A stretch of DNA of 60,359 bases from an uncultured virus (IMG/VR IMGVR_UViG_3300007542_004333) (Duplodnaviria > Heunggongvirae > Uroviricota > Caudoviricetes): the IMG/VR virus record IMGVR_UViG_3300007542_004333; one strand, written 5' to 3'. The notes beneath the pieces were generated by a model. That model was not told the origin of the DNA, did not search any database, and saw only the letters and a program-made list of their open reading frames with translations. Shown one piece after another: positions 9,368 to 18,735 of this stretch (its first letter is position 1; each line of letters begins with the position of its first letter). Both the position numbers and the translations under genes were made by a program.

Positions 9368-9859
9368 ATGTCTGATAACGAATGGTCTAGACCAGCAGCA
9401 CCTCCTCCTCCGCTCTTTCTCGGCAAGAAAGAGCGTGATCTCGTAAAGCAAGTTAACGATGAACTGATCGAAAAAGTAATTGGTCAGCAGATTCTTTATT
9501 ATCCTATTGATGTTGAGAGAACAAACTTTCATGATTTGTACGGAGAAGCAATAGAAAAAACTTTCTTGCCTCCTCTTCACGTTTATGCTCTTGTGGAATA
9601 TACAGATTTCTCAACAAAATATTTAGATGGTGTTGGTGTGGATAATTCATCAGAAATTAATGTACATTTTCATAAGCGAAGATTAGAAACAGATCAAAAT
9701 TTATCTGTTCGTGTTGGCGATTATGTTTTATATAATGATAGTTATTATGAGATAGTAAAAACTTCAAAGCCAAAACTATTATTTGGTCAAGCTGGTCAAT
9801 CCTTTGAGATTTCAGCGACATGCAGACTTACAAGACAAGGAGCGTTTGATGCTACCTAA
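9368..9859 (+). CDS. Head closure/neck protein (gp14-like)
   Basis: DLYGEA...VRVGDY...YYEI motif; synteny. Confidence 0.7.
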   Translation: MSDNEWSRPAAPPPPLFLGKKERDLVKQVNDELIEKVIGQQILYYPIDVERTNFHDLYGEAIEKTFLPPLHVYALVEYTDFSTKYLDGVGVDNSSEINVHFHKRRLETDQNLSVRVGDYVLYNDSYYEIVKTSKPKLLFGQAGQSFEISATCRLTRQGAFDAT

Positions 9860-10733
9860 AGATTTTGATTTCGCTATGATACCTCCAGGCACTGAATTAA
9901 AACTAAGTGAAGTTGGTATGCTAAACTCTTCTATTGAGACAATAGATTATGCAATTGTTTCATGGCTAAAAGAAGATCTAGCACTTAGCGCAACAACAAA
10001 CAAAGGCTGGAATAAGGTTCCTGTATTCTGGCAATCTCCAGAGCGAGCGTTCCAAGTAAAAGACGATAAATCTTTAAGAGATAATGACGGTGTTTTAATT
10101 CTTCCAGTTATCAGCATTGAACGCACTGGTATAGTAAAAGATCCAGCAAGAAAAGGATCTTTCCAAGCTCATTTATATTCTAAAGATAAAAACGGTAGAG
10201 CAGGGCGCATGGTTATTGCAAAACAAATTGTCCAAGATAAAACAAGAAACTTTGCTGTTGTTGGCAATACACGCGCAGCAAACTACACGGGTGGCACAGC
10301 GCAGAAATACGCCCCAAGAGTTAACAAAAAAATTGTTGTTCGTTCTCTTTCGATTCCATTTCCAGTTTATATAAACTTAGATTATAAAATTACAATTAAA
10401 ACAGAATACCAACAGCAAATGAACGAAATAATAACTCCGTTCATGGCACGTACAGGGCAAATAAATGCTTTTAATCTTCGCAGAAATGGACACACATACG
10501 AAGCGTTTATTGATCAAAACTTCTCACACAACAACAATACTGCTGCTCTTGGTGAGGACATAAGAATATTTAGTACAGAAATAAGCATAAAAGTTCTTGG
10601 TTATTTAATTGGCGAAGGCGAGAACGATGATAGACCTATTGTAAGGGTCGAAGAAAACTTTGTTGAGATTACATATCCAATGGAATCAATCGTAAAAGAA
10701 GACGATGATGGCTTCTATACGATCAGTTCCTGA
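9849..10733 (+). CDS. Tail terminator/sheath stabiliser (gp15-like)
   Basis: LPVISIER, PVYINLDY and QMNEII; precedes sheath; ATG at 9849. Confidence 0.65.
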   Translation: MLPKDFDFAMIPPGTELKLSEVGMLNSSIETIDYAIVSWLKEDLALSATTNKGWNKVPVFWQSPERAFQVKDDKSLRDNDGVLILPVISIERTGIVKDPARKGSFQAHLYSKDKNGRAGRMVIAKQIVQDKTRNFAVVGNTRAANYTGGTAQKYAPRVNKKIVVRSLSIPFPVYINLDYKITIKTEYQQQMNEIITPFMARTGQINAFNLRRNGHTYEAFIDQNFSHNNNTAALGEDIRIFSTEISIKVLGYLIGEGENDDRPIVRVEENFVEITYPMESIVKEDDDGFYTISS

Positions 10734-10843
10734 GAACGAAAACATTATATTTGTTTTCTTCCTGATCTCCTTTTGGACCGCTCGACACTATTTAGGTATG
10801 ACTAAGATGGTTTATACCATCAACTTAAAGTGAGGATCTATAA

Positions 10844-13750
10844 ATGTCAGTAAAGAATTTTAAGTTTGTTTCACCGGGGGTTTTCATCAACGAGATTGAC
10901 AACTCTTTTAGACCACGCGAGTCAGATGCAATTGGTCCAGTTGTTATTGGTCGCGCAACTCGCGGTCTTGCTATGACTCCTGTGAAAGTTCAATCTTATT
11001 CAGAGTTCGTTGAGCTAATGGGTGATGCGGTTCCAGGCAACGGTGGTGGTGATGTTTACCGTGGTGGCAACTATCAGTCTCCAATGTACGGAACTTACGC
11101 AGCGAAAGCGTTTCTTAACGCTAATGTTGCTCCGCTAACTTATATTCGCCTCCTTGGTCAGCAAGACGCCAACAATGACGGCACCGCTGATGCACAGGCT
11201 GGCTGGCAAACTGAAAATAACGCAGGAACTGCAACTGCTCCAGTTAACGGCACTTCCGCTGGCGGTGCTTACGGCTTATTTATCGCAGTTTCTTCTTCGA
11301 ACGGTGAATATACTGGTTCTGCTGGCTCTTTTCAGTTAGCTGGTATTATTTACGCTGCTTCTGGTTCAGTTCAGCTATCTGGCTCTCTTGCTGGCTCTAC
11401 TGAGGGTGTTCAAGCTTCTTCAACTATCGTTGAATCTGATTCAAACAATAACTTTGTTCTTGTTATCGACGGCGCGGTTAACGGCTCCAAGAAATACACA
11501 ATCAACTTTGATGATTCTTCTGAGTATTTTGCTCGCAAGCGTTTAAACACCAACCCACAGCTAACTTCTCCTCAAGGTACTTTTTACCCAAGTGCTTCTT
11601 ACGAAGATTATTGGTTAGGCGAGACTTTCGAACAAGAACTACGTGAGCGTTCGCTTATTGGTGGTGGTTCTGATTCTCTTGTTGGTGTTGTTGTCGGCAT
11701 CGCTTCCGGCTCCGCTTCAACAGTTGGACCACACCGAATGAAAGGTCAGCCTTCGCAGGAAGCTGTTGCTGGCTGGTTTGTTGGTCAGGATCTTGGAGAT
11801 TATTCTTCTTTCAACCCAGCTTCTCTACCAAAATTATTCCGTTTAATTGGTCGTGGTCACGGTGAATGGATGCACAAGAACGCCAAAGTTTCTATCGAGA
11901 ACATTAAGCGCTCTACTACAACCACCAGCGAGTATGGTACTTTCTCTATTGTTATTCGCCAGCTACTTGATACAGATAGCAGAGTCGTGGTTTTAGAGCG
12001 TTTCGATAACTGTACTTTAGACCCAACTTCTGCAGATTATGTTGCTCGTAAGATTGGCGACAAATACGAGCGCTGGGATGCCACAGAGCGTAGATTAAAA
12101 GTTTATGGCGACTTTGATAACCTATCAAAGTTTGTTAGAATTGAAATGAACGCTGATGTTGAAGCTGGCGCAACCGATCCGGTTCTACTACCATTTGGTT
12201 ATTACGGTCCTCCGAAGTATAAAGACGTTACTGCACTAGCGATGGATGTGGCTAACGCCGCAGAACTAGACCAGCGATTTGTTGTTGCAGGCACAGCGCT
12301 TCCAGGTGGTCACAGTGACGCAGCACTAATTGTATCATCTTCTTACGGTGTTGCTGCAACTGCTTCGTTTGCTTTCCCATCTGTCCGACTTCGTAACAGC
12401 GCTCTTGATGGCGGCTTATCTGACCCAACTAACGCTTATTTCGGCATGGAAGTTACCAGAACTGCTGCTTCAACCAGACCAGATGCGTCTGTCGCAGACC
12501 CACAACGCCTACTTTACATCGGTCTTGGTACAACAAACAACGTTCCAACAGATCCAACTGGCGATGCTATTGAGTCAATCAACGGGTATTCTTACATCTT
12601 TACCCTTGATAACGTTAGCTCTTCTGCTACCAGCGAGTATATTTACGCTTCTGGGTCACGTTTAGCTGGTACTTCTGTTTCTGCGAGAGGTTCAAACACC
12701 TACAACACTCTTCTCGATGCAGAGTACAACAGATTTACTGCTCCATTCTGGGGAGGTTTTGACGGTGTTGATATCACTGTTCCAGACCCGTTCTACAACG
12801 CTGGCATGACTAGTGCAACCGAAACTACCTCTTACGCTTACTACACAATTAAGCGTGCGATTGATACAGTTGCAGACCCAGAGTACCTTGACATGAATCT
12901 TCTATCCATGCCAGGGCTAACAACAGATGCTCTAACCACTCACATGATTGATGTTTGCGGCGAAAGAGCAGATGCATTAGCAGTTGTTGACTTAGCTGAT
13001 GTTTATATTCCTTCTCATGAAGCTTACTACGCAGACAAGGCTAGCCGTATCGGCACCACACCAATCAGCGCGGCAAACGCGCTAAGAGATAGAAGATTAG
13101 ACTCTTCTTATGGCTGTACCTTCTATCCGTGGGTTCAGACTCGCGACGAGCAAAGCGGTAGACTTCTTTGGATTCCGCCTTCTGTTGCTATGCTTGGTGT
13201 CTTTGCTTCCTCTGAGCGTCAGTCTGCTGTTTGGTTTGCTCCTGCTGGCTTCAACCGTGCAGGCTTAACAGGCGGCGCTGCTGGCATTCCGGTATCAAAC
13301 GTTTCCGAGAGACTAACTTCTAAGCAACGTGATACGCTTTACGAGGCTCGCATTAACCCAATCGCAAGCTTCCCAAGTACAGGTATCGTAGTCTTTGGTC
13401 AGAAGACCCTACAAGAGCGCCCATCTGCTCTTGACAGAATTAACGTTCGTAGATTAGTTATTTACCTAAAGAAACAAATTTCCATTCTATCAACTCAAGT
13501 TCTTTTTGAGCAGAACGTGCAAGCAACTTGGAACCGATTCAAGGGTCTTGTTAGTCCCCTACTATCAAGAGTCCAAACTCAGTTTGGTATCACTGATTAC
13601 CGTCTAGTTCTTGACGAAACAACCACTACTCCAGATCTTATCGATCAGAACATTCTGTACGCCAAGATCATGATTAAGCCAGCTAGAGCAATTGAGTATA
13701 TCGCAATTGACTTCTCTATTCTTTCAACTGGTGCAGCATTTGATGATTAA
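10844..13750 (+). CDS. Contractile tail sheath protein
   Basis: FVSPGVFINEID, WFAPAGFNR, INPIA, GQKTLQ and DRINVRRL. Confidence 0.96.
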   Translation: MSVKNFKFVSPGVFINEIDNSFRPRESDAIGPVVIGRATRGLAMTPVKVQSYSEFVELMGDAVPGNGGGDVYRGGNYQSPMYGTYAAKAFLNANVAPLTYIRLLGQQDANNDGTADAQAGWQTENNAGTATAPVNGTSAGGAYGLFIAVSSSNGEYTGSAGSFQLAGIIYAASGSVQLSGSLAGSTEGVQASSTIVESDSNNNFVLVIDGAVNGSKKYTINFDDSSEYFARKRLNTNPQLTSPQGTFYPSASYEDYWLGETFEQELRERSLIGGGSDSLVGVVVGIASGSASTVGPHRMKGQPSQEAVAGWFVGQDLGDYSSFNPASLPKLFRLIGRGHGEWMHKNAKVSIENIKRSTTTTSEYGTFSIVIRQLLDTDSRVVVLERFDNCTLDPTSADYVARKIGDKYERWDATERRLKVYGDFDNLSKFVRIEMNADVEAGATDPVLLPFGYYGPPKYKDVTALAMDVANAAELDQRFVVAGTALPGGHSDAALIVSSSYGVAATASFAFPSVRLRNSALDGGLSDPTNAYFGMEVTRTAASTRPDASVADPQRLLYIGLGTTNNVPTDPTGDAIESINGYSYIFTLDNVSSSATSEYIYASGSRLAGTSVSARGSNTYNTLLDAEYNRFTAPFWGGFDGVDITVPDPFYNAGMTSATETTSYAYYTIKRAIDTVADPEYLDMNLLSMPGLTTDALTTHMIDVCGERADALAVVDLADVYIPSHEAYYADKASRIGTTPISAANALRDRRLDSSYGCTFYPWVQTRDEQSGRLLWIPPSVAMLGVFASSERQSAVWFAPAGFNRAGLTGGAAGIPVSNVSERLTSKQRDTLYEARINPIASFPSTGIVVFGQKTLQERPSALDRINVRRLVIYLKKQISILSTQVLFEQNVQATWNRFKGLVSPLLSRVQTQFGITDYRLVLDETTTTPDLIDQNILYAKIMIKPARAIEYIAIDFSILSTGAAFDD

Positions 13751-13753
13751 TGA

Positions 13754-13781
13754 AAATGTGAGAGATTTTTCTCTCACATTT
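13754..13781 (+). terminator. Hairpin between sheath and tube genes (terminator or processing site)
   Basis: AAATGTGAGAGA-TTTT-TCTCTCACATTT, directly before a late motif. Confidence 0.6.
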
Positions 13782-13818
13782 ACTATTTAAAGTATAAACA
13801 TTATAGGAGCCTTTACAC

Positions 13819-14400
13819 ATGGCATTTTGGACAGAAAACTTCTCTGGTGGGGGCAAAGACCCAAAAAGAAATTTTAGATTTACAGTTCAGATCACTGGTT
13901 TAAGTAGCGCTGCAGGAACAGGTGCTGAATCATCTATTGTTTGGTATGCAAAGACTGCTACAAAGCCAGGATATACAATCAACTCGGTTGAGCACAAATA
14001 TCTTGGACATACTTTTAATTATCCAGGTTCCGTTACTTGGAGTGATGTTGATATTACTGTTGTTGACCCAACTGACCCAGATGTTGCCGGAACGTTAGCC
14101 CAAAAAGTTATTGAGGGTGGTTATGTTATTCCTGCAAACACTAACGTCCAGCAAACAATCTCAAAAGCAAAAGCGGTATCCGCACTTCAAAGTGTTATCA
14201 TCACGCAGATAGATTCAGATGGCCAACCTGTTGAGTCTTGGACGTTGTGGAACGCTTTTATCACTGAAGTCCAGCACGGTACTCTTGATTATACCAGTGA
14301 TGAACTAACCGAATATACAATCAAGTTTAAATATGATTGGGCTCAGTTAACTGATGCAAGCAAAACCGATCACTTTACAACCACAACCACTTCATCATAA
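13819..14400 (+). CDS. Tail tube protein (gp19-like)
   Basis: DPKRNFRF, YPGSVTW, WTLWNAFI, LDY and YDWA; follows the sheath. Confidence 0.88.
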   Translation: MAFWTENFSGGGKDPKRNFRFTVQITGLSSAAGTGAESSIVWYAKTATKPGYTINSVEHKYLGHTFNYPGSVTWSDVDITVVDPTDPDVAGTLAQKVIEGGYVIPANTNVQQTISKAKAVSALQSVIITQIDSDGQPVESWTLWNAFITEVQHGTLDYTSDELTEYTIKFKYDWAQLTDASKTDHFTTTTTSS

Positions 14401-14423
14401 ACTCATAAATAACGAGGTGTAAA

Positions 14424-15266
14424 TTGAGTAGAAATAGTGACCGTCTTGGCGCAACTCGCCAAGACACCCAGCCACCAGCGCAAATGGAAGACTCTGGTGG
14501 TTTTTCTTTTGTAGTTCCAACTGATTTTGTAGAACTACCATCTGGCGGAAGATTTTATTCGCCTAACCATCCTCTTCATAATCAAGAGTCAATTGAAATA
14601 AAACAAATGACCGCAAAAGAAGAGGATATTCTAACTTCCCAGACGCTTCTTAAAAAAGGCGTTGCTTTAGAGAGAGTTATAGCAAATCTTATTGTAGATA
14701 AAAGAATTAACCCAAACTCTCTTTTAGTTGGCGATAAAAATGCAATTATTATTGCGATTAGAAAATACGGGTATGGTAATATATATCAGACAAAAGTTAC
14801 TTGCCCAAGTTGTTCAACAAGTCAAGATTATTCGTTTGATTTAAATGAAGCTAATGTTTATAATCCAGGCGATGATTTAGGCGAAGATGTTACTCTTAAT
14901 GAAAATGGAACGTTTAGTGTTACTCTTCCAAAAACAAAAGTAAATGTTTGTTTTAGATTATTAACTGGAACAGATGAAAAAAGCTTTTTAAAAGGTATGG
15001 AAGACGATAAAAGATCCAAAGTAGAAAAAAACATTACAAGACAGCTTTACGCAATTATTGTTTCTTTAAATGGAGATACCTCCGAAGAAGCCAAGCGTTA
15101 TTTTGTTGAGAACGTTCCTTCTATTGATTCTAGATTTTTAAGAACAGCTTATAAATTAGCCGCCCCAAACATTGATTTAACACAAAACTTTGTTTGTTCA
15201 GAATGTAGTCACGAACAGGACATGGAGGTTCCGCTTTCAGCGGATTTCTTTTGGTCTAACAACTGA
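14424..15266 (+). CDS. Baseplate hub/tail assembly chaperone (gp26-like)
   Basis: VELPSGG, MTAKEEDIL, two CxxC pairs, ends DFFW. Confidence 0.8.
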   Translation: MSRNSDRLGATRQDTQPPAQMEDSGGFSFVVPTDFVELPSGGRFYSPNHPLHNQESIEIKQMTAKEEDILTSQTLLKKGVALERVIANLIVDKRINPNSLLVGDKNAIIIAIRKYGYGNIYQTKVTCPSCSTSQDYSFDLNEANVYNPGDDLGEDVTLNENGTFSVTLPKTKVNVCFRLLTGTDEKSFLKGMEDDKRSKVEKNITRQLYAIIVSLNGDTSEEAKRYFVENVPSIDSRFLRTAYKLAAPNIDLTQNFVCSECSHEQDMEVPLSADFFWSNN

Positions 15267-15501
15267 TTACATAGAGAACGTATACGAACAGTTTTTTTTC
15301 CTTAAGTATTCTGGTGGGTGGTCTTTTTCTGAAGCTTACAACTTGCCTGTAGGGCTTAGAAACTGGTTTGTTAAGCGCTTGATGAAACAGTTAGAAGCAG
15401 AGCAGAAAGCTATGCAAGAAGCTTCAAAGGGTAATAAATCTTCTAATACTCATACATTGTCGGCAATAAACCAGCCACCAAAACCTAAAAAGTTGATGTA
15501 A
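15250..15501 (+). CDS. gp51-like chaperone extension, probably reached by frameshift
   Basis: YEQFFFLKYSGGWSFSEAYNLPVGLRNWF; no ATG/RBS ahead of the conserved block. Confidence 0.65.
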   Translation, partial: FGLTTDYIENVYEQFFFLKYSGGWSFSEAYNLPVGLRNWFVKRLMKQLEAEQKAMQEASKGNKSSNTHTLSAINQPPKPKKLM

Positions 15502-15503
15502 AC

Positions 15504-15536
15504 ATAGGGCGCAACGATAGCGCCCTATTCTTTTTT
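15504..15536 (+). terminator. Rho-independent terminator
   Basis: ATAGGGCGC-N7-GCGCCCTAT then TCTTTTTT. Confidence 0.85.
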
Positions 15537-15574
15537 GCTGGGTTACTATTTATAAATAAAATGAGGGCTATTTT

Positions 15575-17554
15575 ATGGCTGATGAATCAAATTCGAAAAC
15601 CTTAGAAGAACTAAAAGAAGAACTAAAAGAAGAACTTAAATTACTAAAAGAGCAAAACGTAGAAATTAAAAACCGAGCAGAACAAGACAAAGAAATTCTT
15701 ACCATAAAACAAATACAAAGAGAGTATTTGGAGGACGAGGAAAAACTTCAAAAAAGAATCAAAGATCTTAAAAAAATAATTGCACAAAAAGGAAAGGAAG
15801 CGTCCGACGCGGAGAGAGAACTTCTATTTACACTACAAGAACAAGCAAAAATCATTAAAAAAGCAGGCGAAAGCGCCAAAGATCTTGCAAACTCATTCTC
15901 CACTATATTTTCAGGCAAAGCTCCAGATTTAAAAGGAGCATTAGACCCTAAAAATCTAATGTCTGTCGCTGAAAAAATGAAAAATATTAAAGCTGCCGGC
16001 ATGGCAGCAACAAAACTCTTTGCTGGCTTGTTTGCAGTAGACTCCCTTCTTGTTTTTACCAAAGCTATTGTTGATTTAGCGATAGATCTAGGTGATGCCG
16101 AAGCTAACTTTATGAAAGTCACTGGCGCTAATCAAGACTTCGCACGATCAGTCACTAACTCTTACAAAGAGACACGTAAATTTGGTGCCAGTATAGAAGA
16201 AACAAGTAAAGCTTATGAAGCCCTTTATACTGGTTTTACTGATTTTACGTTTATGGCAAAAGAGCAAAGAGAATCATTGGCACAAACTAGCGCGGTTTTA
16301 AACAAATTAGGTATTTCTAATACAGATTTTGCCAAAAGCGTTCAGATCTCAACAAAAGCATTAGGCATGTCAGCAGAACAAGCAGGGCAGAACATGCTGA
16401 ACATAGAGAAGTTTGCAGAAGAGATAGGGGTTGCTCCCCAAATGTTAGGTCAGCAATTCGCTGGCGCGGGCAACATGATGGCAAAGATGGGTGATCAAGG
16501 TGTAGATGCTTTTAAAGATCTTGCAATCGCATCAAAGATTACTGGTCTAGAAATGGAAAAGATTTTAAGAATTACAGATAAATTTGATACTTTTGAGGGT
16601 GCCGCCGAACAAGCTGGAAAACTTAACGCTGCTCTTGGAGGCAACTTTGTCAATGCAATGGACCTAATGATGGCAACAGATCCAGCAGAGCGTTTTAACA
16701 TGATTCGAGATTCGTTATTAAATGCTGGACTATCTTTTGATGATATGAGTTATTATCAAAAGAAGTTTTATGCTGATTCACTTGACTTAAGCGATGTTAG
16801 CGAGCTAGCTCTTGTTATGTCTGGAAACATGGATATGTTATCTGAGAGTACAAAACAAACAGAACAAAGTTATGTTGATGCAGCAAAACGAGCAAACGAG
16901 ATGCAAGGTTTCCAAGAAAAGTTAAATACAGCATTTGCTCAAATGATACCCATTTTGACACCGTTAATTGATTTGTTTACAATCCTAACAACGTTCATGC
17001 TAGAATATGCTGAGGTTTTTAAGTTTATTGGGGCTATTTTGATACCTGTTTTTATAGCAGGTATAGTAGCACTAAACTGGAGCATGATAACGCTCGCCGC
17101 TAGTACACTTGCTGCGACATGGCCATTTTTAGCAGCTGCTGCAGCTATAGGGGCAATCGGGTATCTTTTGTTCAAAAAGGTATATGCGTCCTCTTTCTTG
17201 GAGGGGTTAGGTAAAATTGGAAATGCATTTGGCTTTATCGCAGAAATGGTATTATCTGTTATGAATCCGATGAACCTTGTTAGTGGCGCAATTGATTCAG
17301 TTGGTGGCAAAATCAAAGGCTTTATGGGACTTGGTGAAGACGCGAATACTATGAAAGAAATTTCAATCAAGAAGAATGTGCAAGTTGCAAATTCTGCTAA
17401 CGCTGCTACTGCTGCTGGTGCGCCAGCGGCAACTTCTAGTAGAGAACAAACAGTAAGACAACCTATTCAAGTTACATTAAACGGCGATAAAATGGCAGAG
17501 TTTGTTGTTGAAGTAATCGGTAGAGAAATTAGAACAGTTAGAGCAGGAGGTTAA
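15575..17554 (+). CDS. Tape measure protein
   Basis: Long helical Ala-rich protein with C-terminal hydrophobic stretches, downstream of tube and chaperone. Confidence 0.78.
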   Translation: MADESNSKTLEELKEELKEELKLLKEQNVEIKNRAEQDKEILTIKQIQREYLEDEEKLQKRIKDLKKIIAQKGKEASDAERELLFTLQEQAKIIKKAGESAKDLANSFSTIFSGKAPDLKGALDPKNLMSVAEKMKNIKAAGMAATKLFAGLFAVDSLLVFTKAIVDLAIDLGDAEANFMKVTGANQDFARSVTNSYKETRKFGASIEETSKAYEALYTGFTDFTFMAKEQRESLAQTSAVLNKLGISNTDFAKSVQISTKALGMSAEQAGQNMLNIEKFAEEIGVAPQMLGQQFAGAGNMMAKMGDQGVDAFKDLAIASKITGLEMEKILRITDKFDTFEGAAEQAGKLNAALGGNFVNAMDLMMATDPAERFNMIRDSLLNAGLSFDDMSYYQKKFYADSLDLSDVSELALVMSGNMDMLSESTKQTEQSYVDAAKRANEMQGFQEKLNTAFAQMIPILTPLIDLFTILTTFMLEYAEVFKFIGAILIPVFIAGIVALNWSMITLAASTLAATWPFLAAAAAIGAIGYLLFKKVYASSFLEGLGKIGNAFGFIAEMVLSVMNPMNLVSGAIDSVGGKIKGFMGLGEDANTMKEISIKKNVQVANSANAATAAGAPAATSSREQTVRQPIQVTLNGDKMAEFVVEVIGREIRTVRAGG

Positions 17555-17556
17555 AA

Positions 17557-18372
17557 ATGGATTTTAAGTATGATAGGTATAATGCTCCCGCTGGGAATGC
17601 TTTTAGCGATCCTTCTGATGCTTTAGCCAATTCAGGATTTGTAATTATCTTTACTCATTTAATAACAGGCAAAGAAGTTGCTTTCAAAGCATTTATTAAT
17701 GCTTTTACTGATACATATTCGCCAGATTGGACACCAGAAACTGTTTATGGCAGAGCAGACCCTATTTATACTTTTAAAAACACAACAAGAAAGATATCAC
17801 TTACTTTTGAAGCGCCAGCATCAAGCACAGGCGAAGCTTATGAGATACTAGCAAAAGCACAAACGCTAGTTCAATTTCTTTATCCTGCTTATACTGATGT
17901 ACAAAGCGCGACCACCATAGCTCAATCTTCGCTTATTAGATTAAAAGTTATGAACTTGTTAACAAAAAATACTACTTCGAATGGAGCAGACCAAAGACCT
18001 GAAGATATTTATACAAACTATAAGGGCGGCGACAAGGGACTTCTTGGGATTATAAATAACGTAACTGTTGATCATAATATCGCTGATTCTGATTTAGGCG
18101 TATTCTTAAAAGATAAGGGAGTTATTCTGCCGAAAAAGGTTGTGATAACTGTTGATTTTAGTCCTATTCACGAGCATTCACTTGGATGGCAAGCAGATAC
18201 AAATGGCGACTACAGCTTTGCAGAAGGAAATAGCTTTCCTTATAATGCGGTTCAAGCAAATAATGTTAACGACGAAACACTCGAATCTGCACCCGCAGAA
18301 GAAGATGCACCAACTGATGCTGAAGTGGATGAACTGGCGTCAATTATTATAAGCACGATCAATAGCATCTAA
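17557..18372 (+). CDS. Baseplate/tail-tube initiator protein
   Basis: FKAFINAFTDTYSPDW...YGRADPIYTFKNTTRKISL. Confidence 0.7.
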   Translation: MDFKYDRYNAPAGNAFSDPSDALANSGFVIIFTHLITGKEVAFKAFINAFTDTYSPDWTPETVYGRADPIYTFKNTTRKISLTFEAPASSTGEAYEILAKAQTLVQFLYPAYTDVQSATTIAQSSLIRLKVMNLLTKNTTSNGADQRPEDIYTNYKGGDKGLLGIINNVTVDHNIADSDLGVFLKDKGVILPKKVVITVDFSPIHEHSLGWQADTNGDYSFAEGNSFPYNAVQANNVNDETLESAPAEEDAPTDAEVDELASIIISTINSI

Positions 18373-18392
18373 CAAGGATTTAATACTATACT

Positions 18393-18731
18393 ATGCCTTC
18401 AAGATATAATAAAGCAAGAATACTAACAAATAACAGTGACTATTACGAGCCAATTAGAAAATCAAGAGGTTCAAAATCAATAGTTCATCAAGCTACAAGA
18501 CCTATGGTTAACCCAACGGTTGCTCAAAGAGCTTCGATCAGAACTACGTATCACACTTGGAAATACGGAGATCGTCTTTATGTTCTCGCTAATAATTATT
18601 ATGGAGACTCCAGATACTGGTGGGTTATTGCGTGGTGGAATGGATACAACATGGAATCTCAAATAAAAACTGGCAAAGTTCTTGCTATTCCACTAAATTT
18701 AGAAGAAACCTTAAGAATCTTGGACGTGTGA
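18393..18731 (+). CDS. LysM-like baseplate wedge protein (gp53-like)
   Basis: GDRLYVLANNYYGDSRYWWVIAWWN. Confidence 0.8.
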   Translation: MPSRYNKARILTNNSDYYEPIRKSRGSKSIVHQATRPMVNPTVAQRASIRTTYHTWKYGDRLYVLANNYYGDSRYWWVIAWWNGYNMESQIKTGKVLAIPLNLEETLRILDV

Positions 18732-18735
18732 TAAA

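Noticed and set aside
15551..15558. Canonical T4 late promoter TATAAATA
   Set aside because: A single occurrence overlapping an ACTATTTA motif, not seen before the other structural genes
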